Below, piece after piece: positions 18,084-26,600 of a DNA stretch of 47,559 nucleotides (position 1 is the stretch's first letter; each line of letters begins with the position of its first letter). The position numbers and the translations under genes are program-made. The stretch lies in IMG/VR virus record IMGVR_UViG_3300038674_000378, positions 1-47,559 of that record. One strand, given 5' to 3'. Source of the DNA: a virus (Duplodnaviria > Caudoviricetes). The notes beneath the pieces are model-generated. The model was not told the DNA's origin, did no database searches, and worked only from the letters and a program-made list of their open reading frames with translations.

Positions 18084-18179
18084 GTAAGCTTTCCCTGAAT
18101 GAAATTCGTGTGGTGCAGAATCTCTCGGTTAAGAAGAAGGTTTCTTTCACTCAGGTCCCCGACAAGCCATGAAAGAAAG

Positions 18180-18352
18180 CCTGTCTCAGGGTACTGCTCA
18201 CACTGAGATCGATGGGTTCGATTCCCATCTGCCCCGAATCAAATTGAACTGGATTACTAAGGTTAGTGCCGACGCCCATGCACCGGCGATTAAGGCACGG
18301 CTGATAGTGGTAGAATATCCAGACGCGGGAGCAATAGACCTGACGCTCCCAA
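18180..18352 (+). ncRNA. putative structured RNA with a tRNA T-arm and long bulged hairpin
   Basis: GATGGG-TTCGATT-CCCATC T-arm (18211-29); nested helices CTGGAT/ATCCAG, GTGCC/GGCAC, CGCC/GGCG; GGGAGC/GCTCCC. Confidence 0.5.
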
Positions 18353-18369
18353 ACTTTTCAGGAGGCACT

Positions 18370-18651
18370 ATGCAGTTTGAAGAAGGAAAAACGTATCGTA
18401 TTCAGTACGATACGAGGTTTGTGAAAAACGCTGAACCTTTCGATTGTGTGTGCGTTCGTGTATTTCCGGCAGGGTACCAGTTTTCTGATACTGAATACGA
18501 GAAGTACCACCATAGACTTCCTGGGAAAGGAATACCCCCTGCGGTAACAAAGTCTGTAGTTTATATTCTTCAAAAGAAACATAACGGAGGCTATGTCGTA
18601 ATCCCTGAGAAGGGCGCACGTTATATAGGATCTGTTGAATTATTGTCATAA
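18370..18651 (+). CDS. hypothetical protein
   Basis: AGGAGG SD at 18360 places the start at ATG 18370, not 18169. Confidence 0.6.
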   Translation: MQFEEGKTYRIQYDTRFVKNAEPFDCVCVRVFPAGYQFSDTEYEKYHHRLPGKGIPPAVTKSVVYILQKKHNGGYVVIPEKGARYIGSVELLS

Positions 18652-18670
18652 TCATCTTTAGGAGGATGAA

Positions 18671-19420
18671 ATGGGAAAGCTCCATGAACTTTTGGCTGTG
18701 GAAAAAGAAGCCGTCGGTAAGATGAACAAGATTCTCATCGAGGGCAAGGATACGTACAGCAAGCGCACTGATCATTTTTCGGGTTTCGTCAAGACCCTCT
18801 CTGTCTTCAAGGAAGAAGACAAGCATCTGGAAGAAGCTGCTTCGGAACGCAAGGAAATGGTCACGACCGTTCACGACAAGCTGGAATACGTTCTGGGTGC
18901 TGTGCAGGATGTCATCAACATTCGCTTACAGAAGGATTGTGCGAATGCGCAGGCACAGGCCAACATTGTGGTCGATGGCCAGACCCTGGCCACGGATGTT
19001 CCGGCCACCACTCTCCTGGCCCTGGAAGACATCCTGCGGGAACTTCGCATTATGTGTGACATGATCCCTACACTGGAACCCGGCGTCAAGTGGGTTGATG
19101 ATCCGAATATGGGCAAGCATGTGAAGCGTGCTGAGTACCCGGAAAAGACGCTGCGTGCCAAGAAGAAGACCGTGTACGTTGAGGTTGCCAAGGCAACCGA
19201 CAAGCACCCGGCACAGATTCGTGAAGAAACGCAGGATGTGAACATCGGCGTGTACATCACTGAAAAGTTCAGTGGCCGCATTTCACCCGCTGAAAAAGTC
19301 GTTTTGCTTGATAAAATCGAAAAGCTGACGGCAGCAGTCAAGAAAGCGCGTGCCAGGGCCAACGAGGAAGAAGTTCCGAACGTCACCCTGAACGTGATTT
19401 CGCAATATATTTTGTCATAA
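18671..19420 (+). CDS. conserved uncharacterised protein (from memory DUF7873-like), adjacent to the large ncRNA
   Basis: KLHELLAVEK...DVPATTLLALE...KATDKHPAQI...EKFSGRI...AVKKARARAN; AGGAGG SD; high-expression codon bias. Confidence 0.7.
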   Translation: MGKLHELLAVEKEAVGKMNKILIEGKDTYSKRTDHFSGFVKTLSVFKEEDKHLEEAASERKEMVTTVHDKLEYVLGAVQDVINIRLQKDCANAQAQANIVVDGQTLATDVPATTLLALEDILRELRIMCDMIPTLEPGVKWVDDPNMGKHVKRAEYPEKTLRAKKKTVYVEVAKATDKHPAQIREETQDVNIGVYITEKFSGRISPAEKVVLLDKIEKLTAAVKKARARANEEEVPNVTLNVISQYILS

Positions 19421-19453
19421 TTTTTGGCCAACCTTAACTTTAGCCCAACTCAG

Positions 19454-19529
19454 GCTGAGAATGTACGTTCAAATCGTGCCGGGAGCCCCAAATATATGCT
19501 CCCGTCGTCTAAATGGATAGGACATCAGC
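19454..19529 (+). tRNA. permuted tRNA-like domain 1 (Glu-like body; 3' half precedes 5' half)
   Basis: GCTGA-gaat-GTACG TTCAAAT CGTGC-CGGGAGC-C-CCA-aatatat-GCTCCCG-tc-GTCT aaatggata GGAC-a-TCAGC. Confidence 0.8.
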
Positions 19530-19620
19530 GAGGGGCAGTTAGGATGAACCTCATTGTGAACTTACTAGCCAAACAACCTTAACCAAGATGCGAACTGTGG
19601 AGTAAATGTCGTCCCCAATA

Positions 19621-19715
19621 AGCCAAGACGCGGGTTCAAATCCCGTATCCCCCTCCAAGAAGGTGTGGCCCATCACAATTTCCTGGGGGGATTCGTACAG
19701 CGGGAGTATATGGCG
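19621..19715 (+). tRNA. permuted tRNA-like domain 2 (3' half precedes 5' half)
   Basis: aGCCA-agac-GCGGG TTCAAAT CCCGT-ATCCCCC-T-CCA-28-nt linker-GGGGGAT-tc-GTAC agcggga GTAT-a-TGGCg. Confidence 0.78.
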
Positions 19716-19791
19716 TATCATCGTAAAGGATTGCATGTTACAAAGCACTAGCGGAACGCAGGACGCTTAATCGCGCATTGCAAGCAATACT

Positions 19792-19825
19792 AAGGGGGAG
19801 GGCATGGGTAGCTCTTCCCCTTTTC
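19792..19825 (+). terminator. intrinsic terminator closing the ncRNA
   Basis: AAGGGGGAGGGC...GCTCTTCCCCTT followed by TTCATTT. Confidence 0.65.
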
Positions 19826-19844
19826 ATTTCTAAAGGAGGAAATT

Positions 19845-20489
19845 ATGAGGCTGAACAGTTATTACAGAGGAAAACTCCGGGCAGACATTTGTGAATTCAT
19901 CGCAAAAGAATATGAGAATTCCGTCTTTGGCAAAGAATTCCGAGAAGTTACTGAAGAAGTGCGTCAGATGATTGTTACAGCGCGTGGTACTATAGTACCC
20001 GCTGGACACATGCCTATTCTGGAGGCCTACAAAGCCACGGAAAATATTGAACACTTCAAACTATCCAAAAGAATCAACACCGAGAACGAAGAGGAAGACG
20101 GTGTTATTTCCCACGGTTTCGTTATAGAATATCCCTATAGAGTAGAAACAGGTGATTTTTTGTTCTCTCCCGGCATCGTTGTTCCCCTCAAGTACAAGGA
20201 TAAGGTTCTGAAGTGCTTCCTTGACACCACTCCCAATCCCGTATTAAATAGCGTTTTTGGTATCGTTGACAGATACCGCTGCGAAGTGTTGAAGATCAAA
20301 GGATCATACTCTCACATTCTGGAAACATCCACTACAATGAAAAGCCTTGTAAAGAAGGCTCCTGTTTTTCAGCAGTTCGTCCCCAAGTATATAAAGGATG
20401 AAGTGGAAACTGCACTTATCGAAGACGTTCCCGTAGATGATTCCCTCAAAACAATTCAAGCCTTTGAACAATCCATTACTAAGGAGTAA
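19845..20489 (+). CDS. hypothetical protein, possibly Nmad5-like (nucleotide-modification-associated)
   Basis: MRLN..R..I start and TTMKSL..KAP.F..FVP near the end resemble Nmad5 from memory. Confidence 0.45.
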   Translation: MRLNSYYRGKLRADICEFIAKEYENSVFGKEFREVTEEVRQMIVTARGTIVPAGHMPILEAYKATENIEHFKLSKRINTENEEEDGVISHGFVIEYPYRVETGDFLFSPGIVVPLKYKDKVLKCFLDTTPNPVLNSVFGIVDRYRCEVLKIKGSYSHILETSTTMKSLVKKAPVFQQFVPKYIKDEVETALIEDVPVDDSLKTIQAFEQSITKE

Positions 20490-20491
20490 TC

Positions 20492-21586
20492 ATGCCGAAG
20501 CCTGTTAAGAAACCTGCCCCTGTCAAGGTTATCAAGAAAGGAAAAGAGATCAACATCAAGGATCTTATTTCCAAGCTGGATGCTGTCGCCCCCGGCCTTT
20601 CCAAGAAAGAAATTCTGGAACAGGCCACGCACTACATTTTTTCTGGCGAACGCATCATCACGTACAATGACAAGATCAGCGTCAGCACGCCGTATACCGA
20701 ACTGTCTGAGAGTTTCAGTGTAAAAGCTGAAGATTTCTACAAGATTCTGAAAGGCATCTCGGAAGAAACAGCACACCTTCAGTTGAAAGACAACATGGTC
20801 ATCATCACGACCGATACGACTGAAGCTGAACTGGCTATTACCACTGAAGAAAGCACTGTCATCGAGCTTTACAAGTCCCTGGACATCGAGAATCAGAAGA
20901 CCAAGAAGCTCAAAGATCCTGCCGATTTCATCACGGCCTTGGACTTCTGCAAGTTCTGCGCCTCCAAAGACCTCACGGCTGATGCTCTTTTCTGTGTGTG
21001 CATCGACGGCACGAAGGTAATGGCCGCGGATGATATTCGTGTGTCTGTTTACCAGTTGAAGGAAAAGTTCCCCAAGATTCTGATTCCTGCCACGATGCTG
21101 GGCGAACTGACCACGTACCCTCTGAAGGAATATGCTGTCTCCGACAGTTGGACTCATTTCTTCATGGAGAACGGTACAGCCTTCAGTTGCCGCACCGTCG
21201 ATGACGACTACCCTGACATGGAAGCTTTCTTGCAGGAAACCACTGACAGCGAGGAAGTAACTCCTGTTGCACTTCCTGCCGAACTGAAGACTGCCCTGGA
21301 CGCCGTCATTCCGATGTGTAAAGGCGACTCCGACATGGAAAAGACTGTCGAAGTTTCTTACAACGCCAAGAACATTGTTCTGGTTGCTGAGAAAGAAACC
21401 GGCAAATTGAAGAAGACTATCAAGTATAATAGTGGCGTTGACGTTTCATTCATGATCAACCCTATCTTTCTGAAGGACATCATGAACAAGTGCGATGCTT
21501 TCAATTTGCTTGCGGATAAGTCTGTCATTCACTTTTCAACTGGACCCTTCAACCACATCATCAGCGTCGAAATTCCGGAGGAATAA
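20492..21586 (+). CDS. DNA polymerase sliding clamp (DnaN/beta-like)
   Basis: 364 aa; AADDIRVS, DDDYPD, INPIFLKD match beta-clamp ATDGxRL, xxYPD, FNxxYLxD; DnaX-like loader nearby. Confidence 0.72.
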   Translation: MPKPVKKPAPVKVIKKGKEINIKDLISKLDAVAPGLSKKEILEQATHYIFSGERIITYNDKISVSTPYTELSESFSVKAEDFYKILKGISEETAHLQLKDNMVIITTDTTEAELAITTEESTVIELYKSLDIENQKTKKLKDPADFITALDFCKFCASKDLTADALFCVCIDGTKVMAADDIRVSVYQLKEKFPKILIPATMLGELTTYPLKEYAVSDSWTHFFMENGTAFSCRTVDDDYPDMEAFLQETTDSEEVTPVALPAELKTALDAVIPMCKGDSDMEKTVEVSYNAKNIVLVAEKETGKLKKTIKYNSGVDVSFMINPIFLKDIMNKCDAFNLLADKSVIHFSTGPFNHIISVEIPEE

Positions 21587-21825
21587 TGAAAGTCTGTATC
21601 TTTGTGGTCGGCATCATCACAATTCTCTTTGGTGTCTTCGGAGTATTTGTTCCGTGGACATTGAGTGCCGACAGCACATCCCTGAACATTCTGGGCGGTC
21701 TTGTCATTTTGTTCACGATACTGTTCATGTGCTGGTTCCTTCCGGCTGTGTACAAGTCCATTAACGTTGAAAACGAAGTAGTTCTTAACAAGGAGGAAAC
21801 ATGTTCGGAAATGAAAGACAGATGA
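21586..21825 (+). CDS. two-TM membrane protein
   Basis: Two hydrophobic helices; GGAGG SD. Confidence 0.55.
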   Translation: MKVCIFVVGIITILFGVFGVFVPWTLSADSTSLNILGGLVILFTILFMCWFLPAVYKSINVENEVVLNKEETCSEMKDR

Positions 21826-22736
21826 CGGATTACGAGAAGCGCATGATGGACAGAAAAAGAATGGCCATTATGGTTATGGGCTGTTCCAGTGTTATCGGCA
21901 TTCTTGTGGTTGTTCTCCTGTTCCTGGCCATGATCCAGGTGAAGATCACGCAGGGCTACGTCGGTATTCGTGTGCATCTTCTGGGCTCTGATAAGGGCGT
22001 GGCCGTTCAAGAACTACCTGTAGGTCGCTATTTTCCCATGTGGAATGAAGAAATTTACAAGTTTCCTACTTTCACTCAAAACTATGTCTGGACTCAAGAC
22101 AGACGAGAAGGATCTGAAGATGATGAATCGCTCACATTCCAAACAAAAGAAGGTCTTTCTGTCAATGCTGATGTGGGCATCAGTTATTCTGTTCGTCCTG
22201 ATATGGTGGATGTTATCTTTCAGAAGTACAGACGCGGCGTGGATGAAATCACAGATGTGTTCCTCCGTAATATGGTTCGGGATGCTTTCGTTGATTTATC
22301 GGGCGGCCTTCCTATTGAATACGTGTATGGAGAAGGAAAAGGTGAGCTTGTCAGCAAAGTCGAAGACCGTGTGCGTGCGGAAGTAGAACAAGTTGGCATC
22401 AACATTGAGAATATATACTTGATAGGTGATATGCGCCTGCCTGCTCAAGTTGTTGACGCTATCAATAACAAGATTTCCGCCACGCAGAAAGCGCAGATGC
22501 GCGAGAACGAAGTGCGTGAAGCCGAAGCAGCCGCAAAGAAAGCCATTGCCGCAGCCGATGGCGAGGCCAAATCCATTCTTCTCAAAGCGCAGGCGCAGGC
22601 CGAAGCGAACAAAGTTATTTCGGCCTCTCTGACGCCGGAACTTGTGCGCTACACAATGGCAGTCAAATGGGACGGTGTTCTGCCGAAGGTGTCAAGCGAA
22701 TCGGTACCACTACTATCTTTTGACATGGACAAGTAA
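21822..22736 (+). CDS. SPFH/band-7 (prohibitin-like) membrane protein
   Basis: N-terminal TM, GYVGIRV, Ala/Glu coiled coil (EAEAAAKKAIAAADGEA), KWDGVLP. Confidence 0.88.
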   Translation: MTDYEKRMMDRKRMAIMVMGCSSVIGILVVVLLFLAMIQVKITQGYVGIRVHLLGSDKGVAVQELPVGRYFPMWNEEIYKFPTFTQNYVWTQDRREGSEDDESLTFQTKEGLSVNADVGISYSVRPDMVDVIFQKYRRGVDEITDVFLRNMVRDAFVDLSGGLPIEYVYGEGKGELVSKVEDRVRAEVEQVGINIENIYLIGDMRLPAQVVDAINNKISATQKAQMRENEVREAEAAAKKAIAAADGEAKSILLKAQAQAEANKVISASLTPELVRYTMAVKWDGVLPKVSSESVPLLSFDMDK

Positions 22737-22740
22737 TTCT

Positions 22741-22760
22741 GGGGGCTTCGGCCCCCTTTC
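22741..22760 (+). terminator. intrinsic terminator (UUCG loop)
   Basis: GGGGGC-TTCG-GCCCCC-TTT. Confidence 0.75.
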
Positions 22761-22778
22761 AACCCTCAGGAGGCTATC

Positions 22779-23207
22779 ATGGCTGAGAATCTGACTTTCC
22801 CAATCCCCAAAGAACTGCTGGAACCTTTCATTCAGCAAGCTGTTTCCACAAGTATCATTTCCGCTCTTGGGGACGGCAAAGAACTCATCAATCGTGCGGT
22901 TTACGAAACTGTCAAGATGAAGGTCGATAAGCACGGTGAAGTTTCCAAGTACAGCTCCGACAACAAGTACACACTTCTCGATATCCTCGCAAAGAATGAA
23001 ATAAAACGCATCGTGATCGATACGGTGAAAATATCCGTGGAAGAATTGCGGCCACAGATCATTGAGGGTGTTAAGCGGGCCCTCAATGAGAATGCTGAAG
23101 ATTTGGGGTCTGCCCTTGTGGATAGATACCTGAAAGATATTTATCGCAGTCTGGGTATTGCCGTTACAAAGCCTCATGCGGGTTACGGGGAAGATGACGA
23201 TGACTAG
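22779..23207 (+). CDS. hypothetical protein
   Basis: 142 aa; AGGAGG SD. Confidence 0.65.
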   Translation: MAENLTFPIPKELLEPFIQQAVSTSIISALGDGKELINRAVYETVKMKVDKHGEVSKYSSDNKYTLLDILAKNEIKRIVIDTVKISVEELRPQIIEGVKRALNENAEDLGSALVDRYLKDIYRSLGIAVTKPHAGYGEDDDD

Positions 23208-23490
23208 CACACACCATTCCAAAGTTCGTGTCTGGTATGAAACCAAGAAACGTCCACCGCTTATGGAAGACTTCGCCAGAGAAGAGGATATAGCCGAAGA
23301 GAAAGCAAGAGGAACTGTTATAGGGTTATCTGTACCTGTAGAGATAGCCTACATCGATACACCGGAAGGATTGTTTCACACAGCAGAGCTTTATATTCCT
23401 TTCGAAGGTAAGATCAAATGGTACATGAGCTATGCTGGTGATCCCAGAAAGGAAGTAGGTGAACCCAAGTACTGGAGGAAAAAGAAGTGA
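23200..23490 (+). CDS. hypothetical protein
   Basis: Fills the gap before the polymerase and overlaps its GTG start. Confidence 0.5.
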   Translation: MTSTHHSKVRVWYETKKRPPLMEDFAREEDIAEEKARGTVIGLSVPVEIAYIDTPEGLFHTAELYIPFEGKIKWYMSYAGDPRKEVGEPKYWRKKK

Positions 23491-26096
23491 GGAAGCTAGG
23501 TTTTGTCGATCCGTACAAATCGAAGTGTCTTGTTTGTGGGCTGAACAAGAAATGCACTAATGGACAGTTCACTGCCGAAGGTTTAGGCAGTGCTGGCATT
23601 ATGGTTGTTTTGGAGTGCCCGACAAATGCCGAAACAGCTTCCGGTCAAGGACTTCAAGGCAAAGTCTATGATTTTCTGTACGAGCAGTTCCGCAAACTAG
23701 GTTTGAATTTTCAAAAAGACTGTGTGCGTGTTCACGCAGTACGTTGCCGCAAGCCCTTCAAGAAAGGTCAGGCCGACTACAAAGAGCAAGAGGTTGTTTC
23801 GTGCTATCCCTACTTGCTTGGCCAGATAGAGAAGCTGAAGCCAAAAGCTATCTTGACGTTCGGTTCTACAGCCCTCAAGGGCATTCTGAGCAAAGAATTC
23901 ACAGACACTTCAATAGGCAGATGGCACGGCTTGCCGTTGCAGTACACGACCGAGAAAGGCCACCGTTGCTGGTTGATGGCTACTTTCAGTCCTAATACCA
24001 GCGCAGAAAACAAAGGCGACGACATTTACAAGCCTGTCATTGAAAAAGAAATCAGAGACTTCGGTAAGTTGTTGAGGAAGCCTTTGCCGCCTGTCAGGCG
24101 TCCCAACGTAATCCACCTGATGAATGACGAGGAAATAACTGAGTATCTGAAAAAGATGCGCAAGGCGTTATTCCTCAGCATAGACTACGAAACCACAGGC
24201 AAGAAGCCTGATCATCCTGACCATCGTATTGCCACAGTAAGCATTACAGCGGTTTACAAACAGATTTCCGATGATCCCTATGATGATGACGATGCAGAAA
24301 CCGTATCGTTCCCCTTGTCGTACAAGGGTGTCTTCGATGAAGATCAGCAGGCAGACATCGCAGAAGCTTTGGTCTACGCCTTGGAAGGCAAGGGTCTTAT
24401 CATAGCTCATAACCATAAGTACGAGCAGCGTTGGACTTCGGCTATATTAGGTTACGATATGCCGAAGAATCGTTCCTATTGTACTATGGTAACTGCGCAC
24501 CTGATGGACGAACGCAAAAAATTCTGTAGCCTCAAGTTCCAGGCTTATGTCCATTTTGGCCTACCTGATTACAGCAAGAGCATTAAACAGTATCTCGAAA
24601 CGCCGGAGGACTCTAGTGGAAATGCTTTCAATAGAGTTGATGAAGCTCCTCTTCCCGAACTTCTTGAATACAATGGTTACGATACTTATTATACATACCT
24701 GCTTTACAAAATCCAGCAACGCTACAGAAGAGAAACTAAACATCTGGATAAAGGCGTACTTGATCTTTTTACTCGTGGTAGTGTGGCACTAGGCCGCGCT
24801 GAAGGTGAAGGGTTTAATACTGTAGAAAACTACTTCAGCGATAATACCAAGAAGATTCGAAAGGAAATTTCGGACCTCAAAGCAGAGCTTCTTGGTATGC
24901 GTGAATCGATCCTATTCAAAAAGAAGATGGGTCGTAACTTTGAGTTCGGCAAAGACGCCGATCTTGATACCATGCTCTACGATATTATCGGCGTGGAGAT
25001 GGATAAGAAGACTGACAGTGGAAACAGAGCGAAAGACGCCGAAGTAATGCTGTCCATGAAGCACCCCTGGCCTACGAAGTACATGGAAATTGCGAAACGT
25101 GAAAAAGTAGAATCCACGTACTTCGGTCAGATTACAAGGGAGACATACGATAATGTCCTTCACACAGTTTACAACCTTCACACCACAAGGACTGGACGAT
25201 CTAGTTCGACAAGTCCTAACTGGCAGAACCTCCCCAAGCGCGATGAGATGGCTAAGAATTATGTCAGAAGAGGAATATGTGCGGCTCCTGGCCAGCACTT
25301 ATTCGAAGCCGATTATGGCTCACTTGAGGTCAGGATCGCAGCCTGCTATACGAAGGACCCGAAGCTCATCAACTACATTCTTGATCCCACAACCGACATG
25401 CACAGGGACTCAGCGTTAGAAATATTCAGTATCAAGGCAAAAGAATTCGCAACCCTTGATAAGAAGTTCGCCAAGATGATACGATTTCATGCAAAGAATG
25501 GCTTTGTTTTCGCAAACTTCTATGGCTCTTCTTTCAAATCATGCGCCAAAACCTTGTGGAAAGTAGCTCCTGATCTTCATGTTACGAAAGACATGACGAT
25601 GATGGATCATCTGAACTATCAAGGTTTTCGTGAGTATGACGAGTATGAAGAGCACATCAAGGATGTTGTTAATAAATTCTGGAAAAAGTTTTCTGTGTTC
25701 AAGAAATGGCAGAATGACAATATGGAGTTCTACAAAAAGAATCTCTATATCGAGAACTACTTAGGTTTTCGTCGTCACGGCCCGCTGACTCGTAACGAGA
25801 TCGGTAACACAGCCATTCAGGGTTCTGCTTTCATGTGTCTGTTATGGTCATTCAATAGGGTTGACGACATTCAGCATGAAGAGGGTTGGGAATCAAAACT
25901 TCGTGGCCAGATTCATGACTCTATTGTCGGTAATGTCACTCCCAAAGAAAAAGATCATGTCCTGAAGACCATCAAGCGCGTGATGGAAGAAGAACTGCGC
26001 AAACAATTCCCGTGGGTAATCGTGCCCATGGTGGCTGAATTCGAAATGGCTCCCCTTGGTGGGACTTGGGCCGACTTGGAGAGCATCGAGGTGTAA
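23487..26096 (+). CDS. polA: family A DNA polymerase with N-terminal uracil-DNA-glycosylase-like domain (SPO1-type) and 3'-5' exonuclease
   Basis: UDG4-like CxxCxLxxxC...VLECP...C...ILTFG; exonuclease IDYETTG, HNHKYE, YNGYD; TGRSSS.PNWQN, motif A ADYGSLEVR, motif B R..AK..F..FYG, motif C QIHDSI. Confidence 0.93.
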   Translation: MRKLGFVDPYKSKCLVCGLNKKCTNGQFTAEGLGSAGIMVVLECPTNAETASGQGLQGKVYDFLYEQFRKLGLNFQKDCVRVHAVRCRKPFKKGQADYKEQEVVSCYPYLLGQIEKLKPKAILTFGSTALKGILSKEFTDTSIGRWHGLPLQYTTEKGHRCWLMATFSPNTSAENKGDDIYKPVIEKEIRDFGKLLRKPLPPVRRPNVIHLMNDEEITEYLKKMRKALFLSIDYETTGKKPDHPDHRIATVSITAVYKQISDDPYDDDDAETVSFPLSYKGVFDEDQQADIAEALVYALEGKGLIIAHNHKYEQRWTSAILGYDMPKNRSYCTMVTAHLMDERKKFCSLKFQAYVHFGLPDYSKSIKQYLETPEDSSGNAFNRVDEAPLPELLEYNGYDTYYTYLLYKIQQRYRRETKHLDKGVLDLFTRGSVALGRAEGEGFNTVENYFSDNTKKIRKEISDLKAELLGMRESILFKKKMGRNFEFGKDADLDTMLYDIIGVEMDKKTDSGNRAKDAEVMLSMKHPWPTKYMEIAKREKVESTYFGQITRETYDNVLHTVYNLHTTRTGRSSSTSPNWQNLPKRDEMAKNYVRRGICAAPGQHLFEADYGSLEVRIAACYTKDPKLINYILDPTTDMHRDSALEIFSIKAKEFATLDKKFAKMIRFHAKNGFVFANFYGSSFKSCAKTLWKVAPDLHVTKDMTMMDHLNYQGFREYDEYEEHIKDVVNKFWKKFSVFKKWQNDNMEFYKKNLYIENYLGFRRHGPLTRNEIGNTAIQGSAFMCLLWSFNRVDDIQHEEGWESKLRGQIHDSIVGNVTPKEKDHVLKTIKRVMEEELRKQFPWVIVPMVAEFEMAPLGGTWADLESIEV

Positions 26097-26097
26097 C

Positions 26098-26169
26098 ATG
26101 GCTCCCTGCTGGTATGTAGTTATCTTCATGGGTATCTGTATTCTGGCTGTTATTTTAGCAAAGAGGTGA
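26098..26169 (+). CDS. 23-aa membrane peptide (MAPCWYVVIFMGICILAVILAKR)
   Basis: GAGGTG SD; fills the gap exactly; single TM. Confidence 0.4.
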   Translation: MAPCWYVVIFMGICILAVILAKR

Positions 26170-26171
26170 TT

Positions 26172-26600
26172 ATGATTTTTCCTATGGAAAGTTTCAGAAA
26201 GAAGCCGTACATTCATGGTGTCACTACCATGGAGGAGTTCTTCGAAGATCAGCATAATAGGCGCAGATTCCTTCGCAAGTACAGCCCTAAGGTATTCCCC
26301 AGGCTGAAAAAATGCAAGAACGAAAGTTGTGAGAATTATCACGACAACAAGGATTCTTACTGTAGTTTCGAGTGTCGTGTGTACTGGGAAACTACCATGC
26401 GTGTACAACGATTCGGAGGAGTTGATGTACTGAACAACAACCGCAGATGCTCTACCTGTTTGTACGGGTACGAACACAAGTCCAAGATTAAGGCTTTCAA
26501 GTACCACTGTGTTGAAGAACTTGCTTCTGAACATGGAATGAAAGAAGTTTTAGTCAACCCTGATCATTGGTGCCACTTTTACAAGGAGAAACATTCATGA
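26172..26600 (+). CDS. Cys-rich hypothetical protein
   Basis: C..C...YCSFEC, CSTC, WCHFY. Confidence 0.5.
   Translation: MIFPMESFRKKPYIHGVTTMEEFFEDQHNRRRFLRKYSPKVFPRLKKCKNESCENYHDNKDSYCSFECRVYWETTMRVQRFGGVDVLNNNRRCSTCLYGYEHKSKIKAFKYHCVEELASEHGMKEVLVNPDHWCHFYKEKHS

Larger units (their letters stand above)
19421..19825 (+). ncRNA. large structured ncRNA containing two circularly permuted tRNA-like domains
   Basis: ~420-nt gap with no + strand ORF; full pairing of both domains is described in the findings. Confidence 0.8.

Noticed and set aside
18169-18369. First 67 codons of ORF 18169-18651
   Set aside because: A strong SD precedes ATG 18370 and the upstream stretch is better explained as structured RNA
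19498-19657. A conventional or intron-containing tRNA made of domain 1's 5' half and domain 2's 3' half
   Set aside because: Acceptor strands GCTCCCG and ATCCCCC do not pair; each 5' half pairs only with the 3' half upstream of it
19421-19825. Canonical or two-piece tmRNA
   Set aside because: No G3:U70 alanine identity pair or A discriminator, full D-stems are present, no tag reading frame recognised, and there are two domains rather than one
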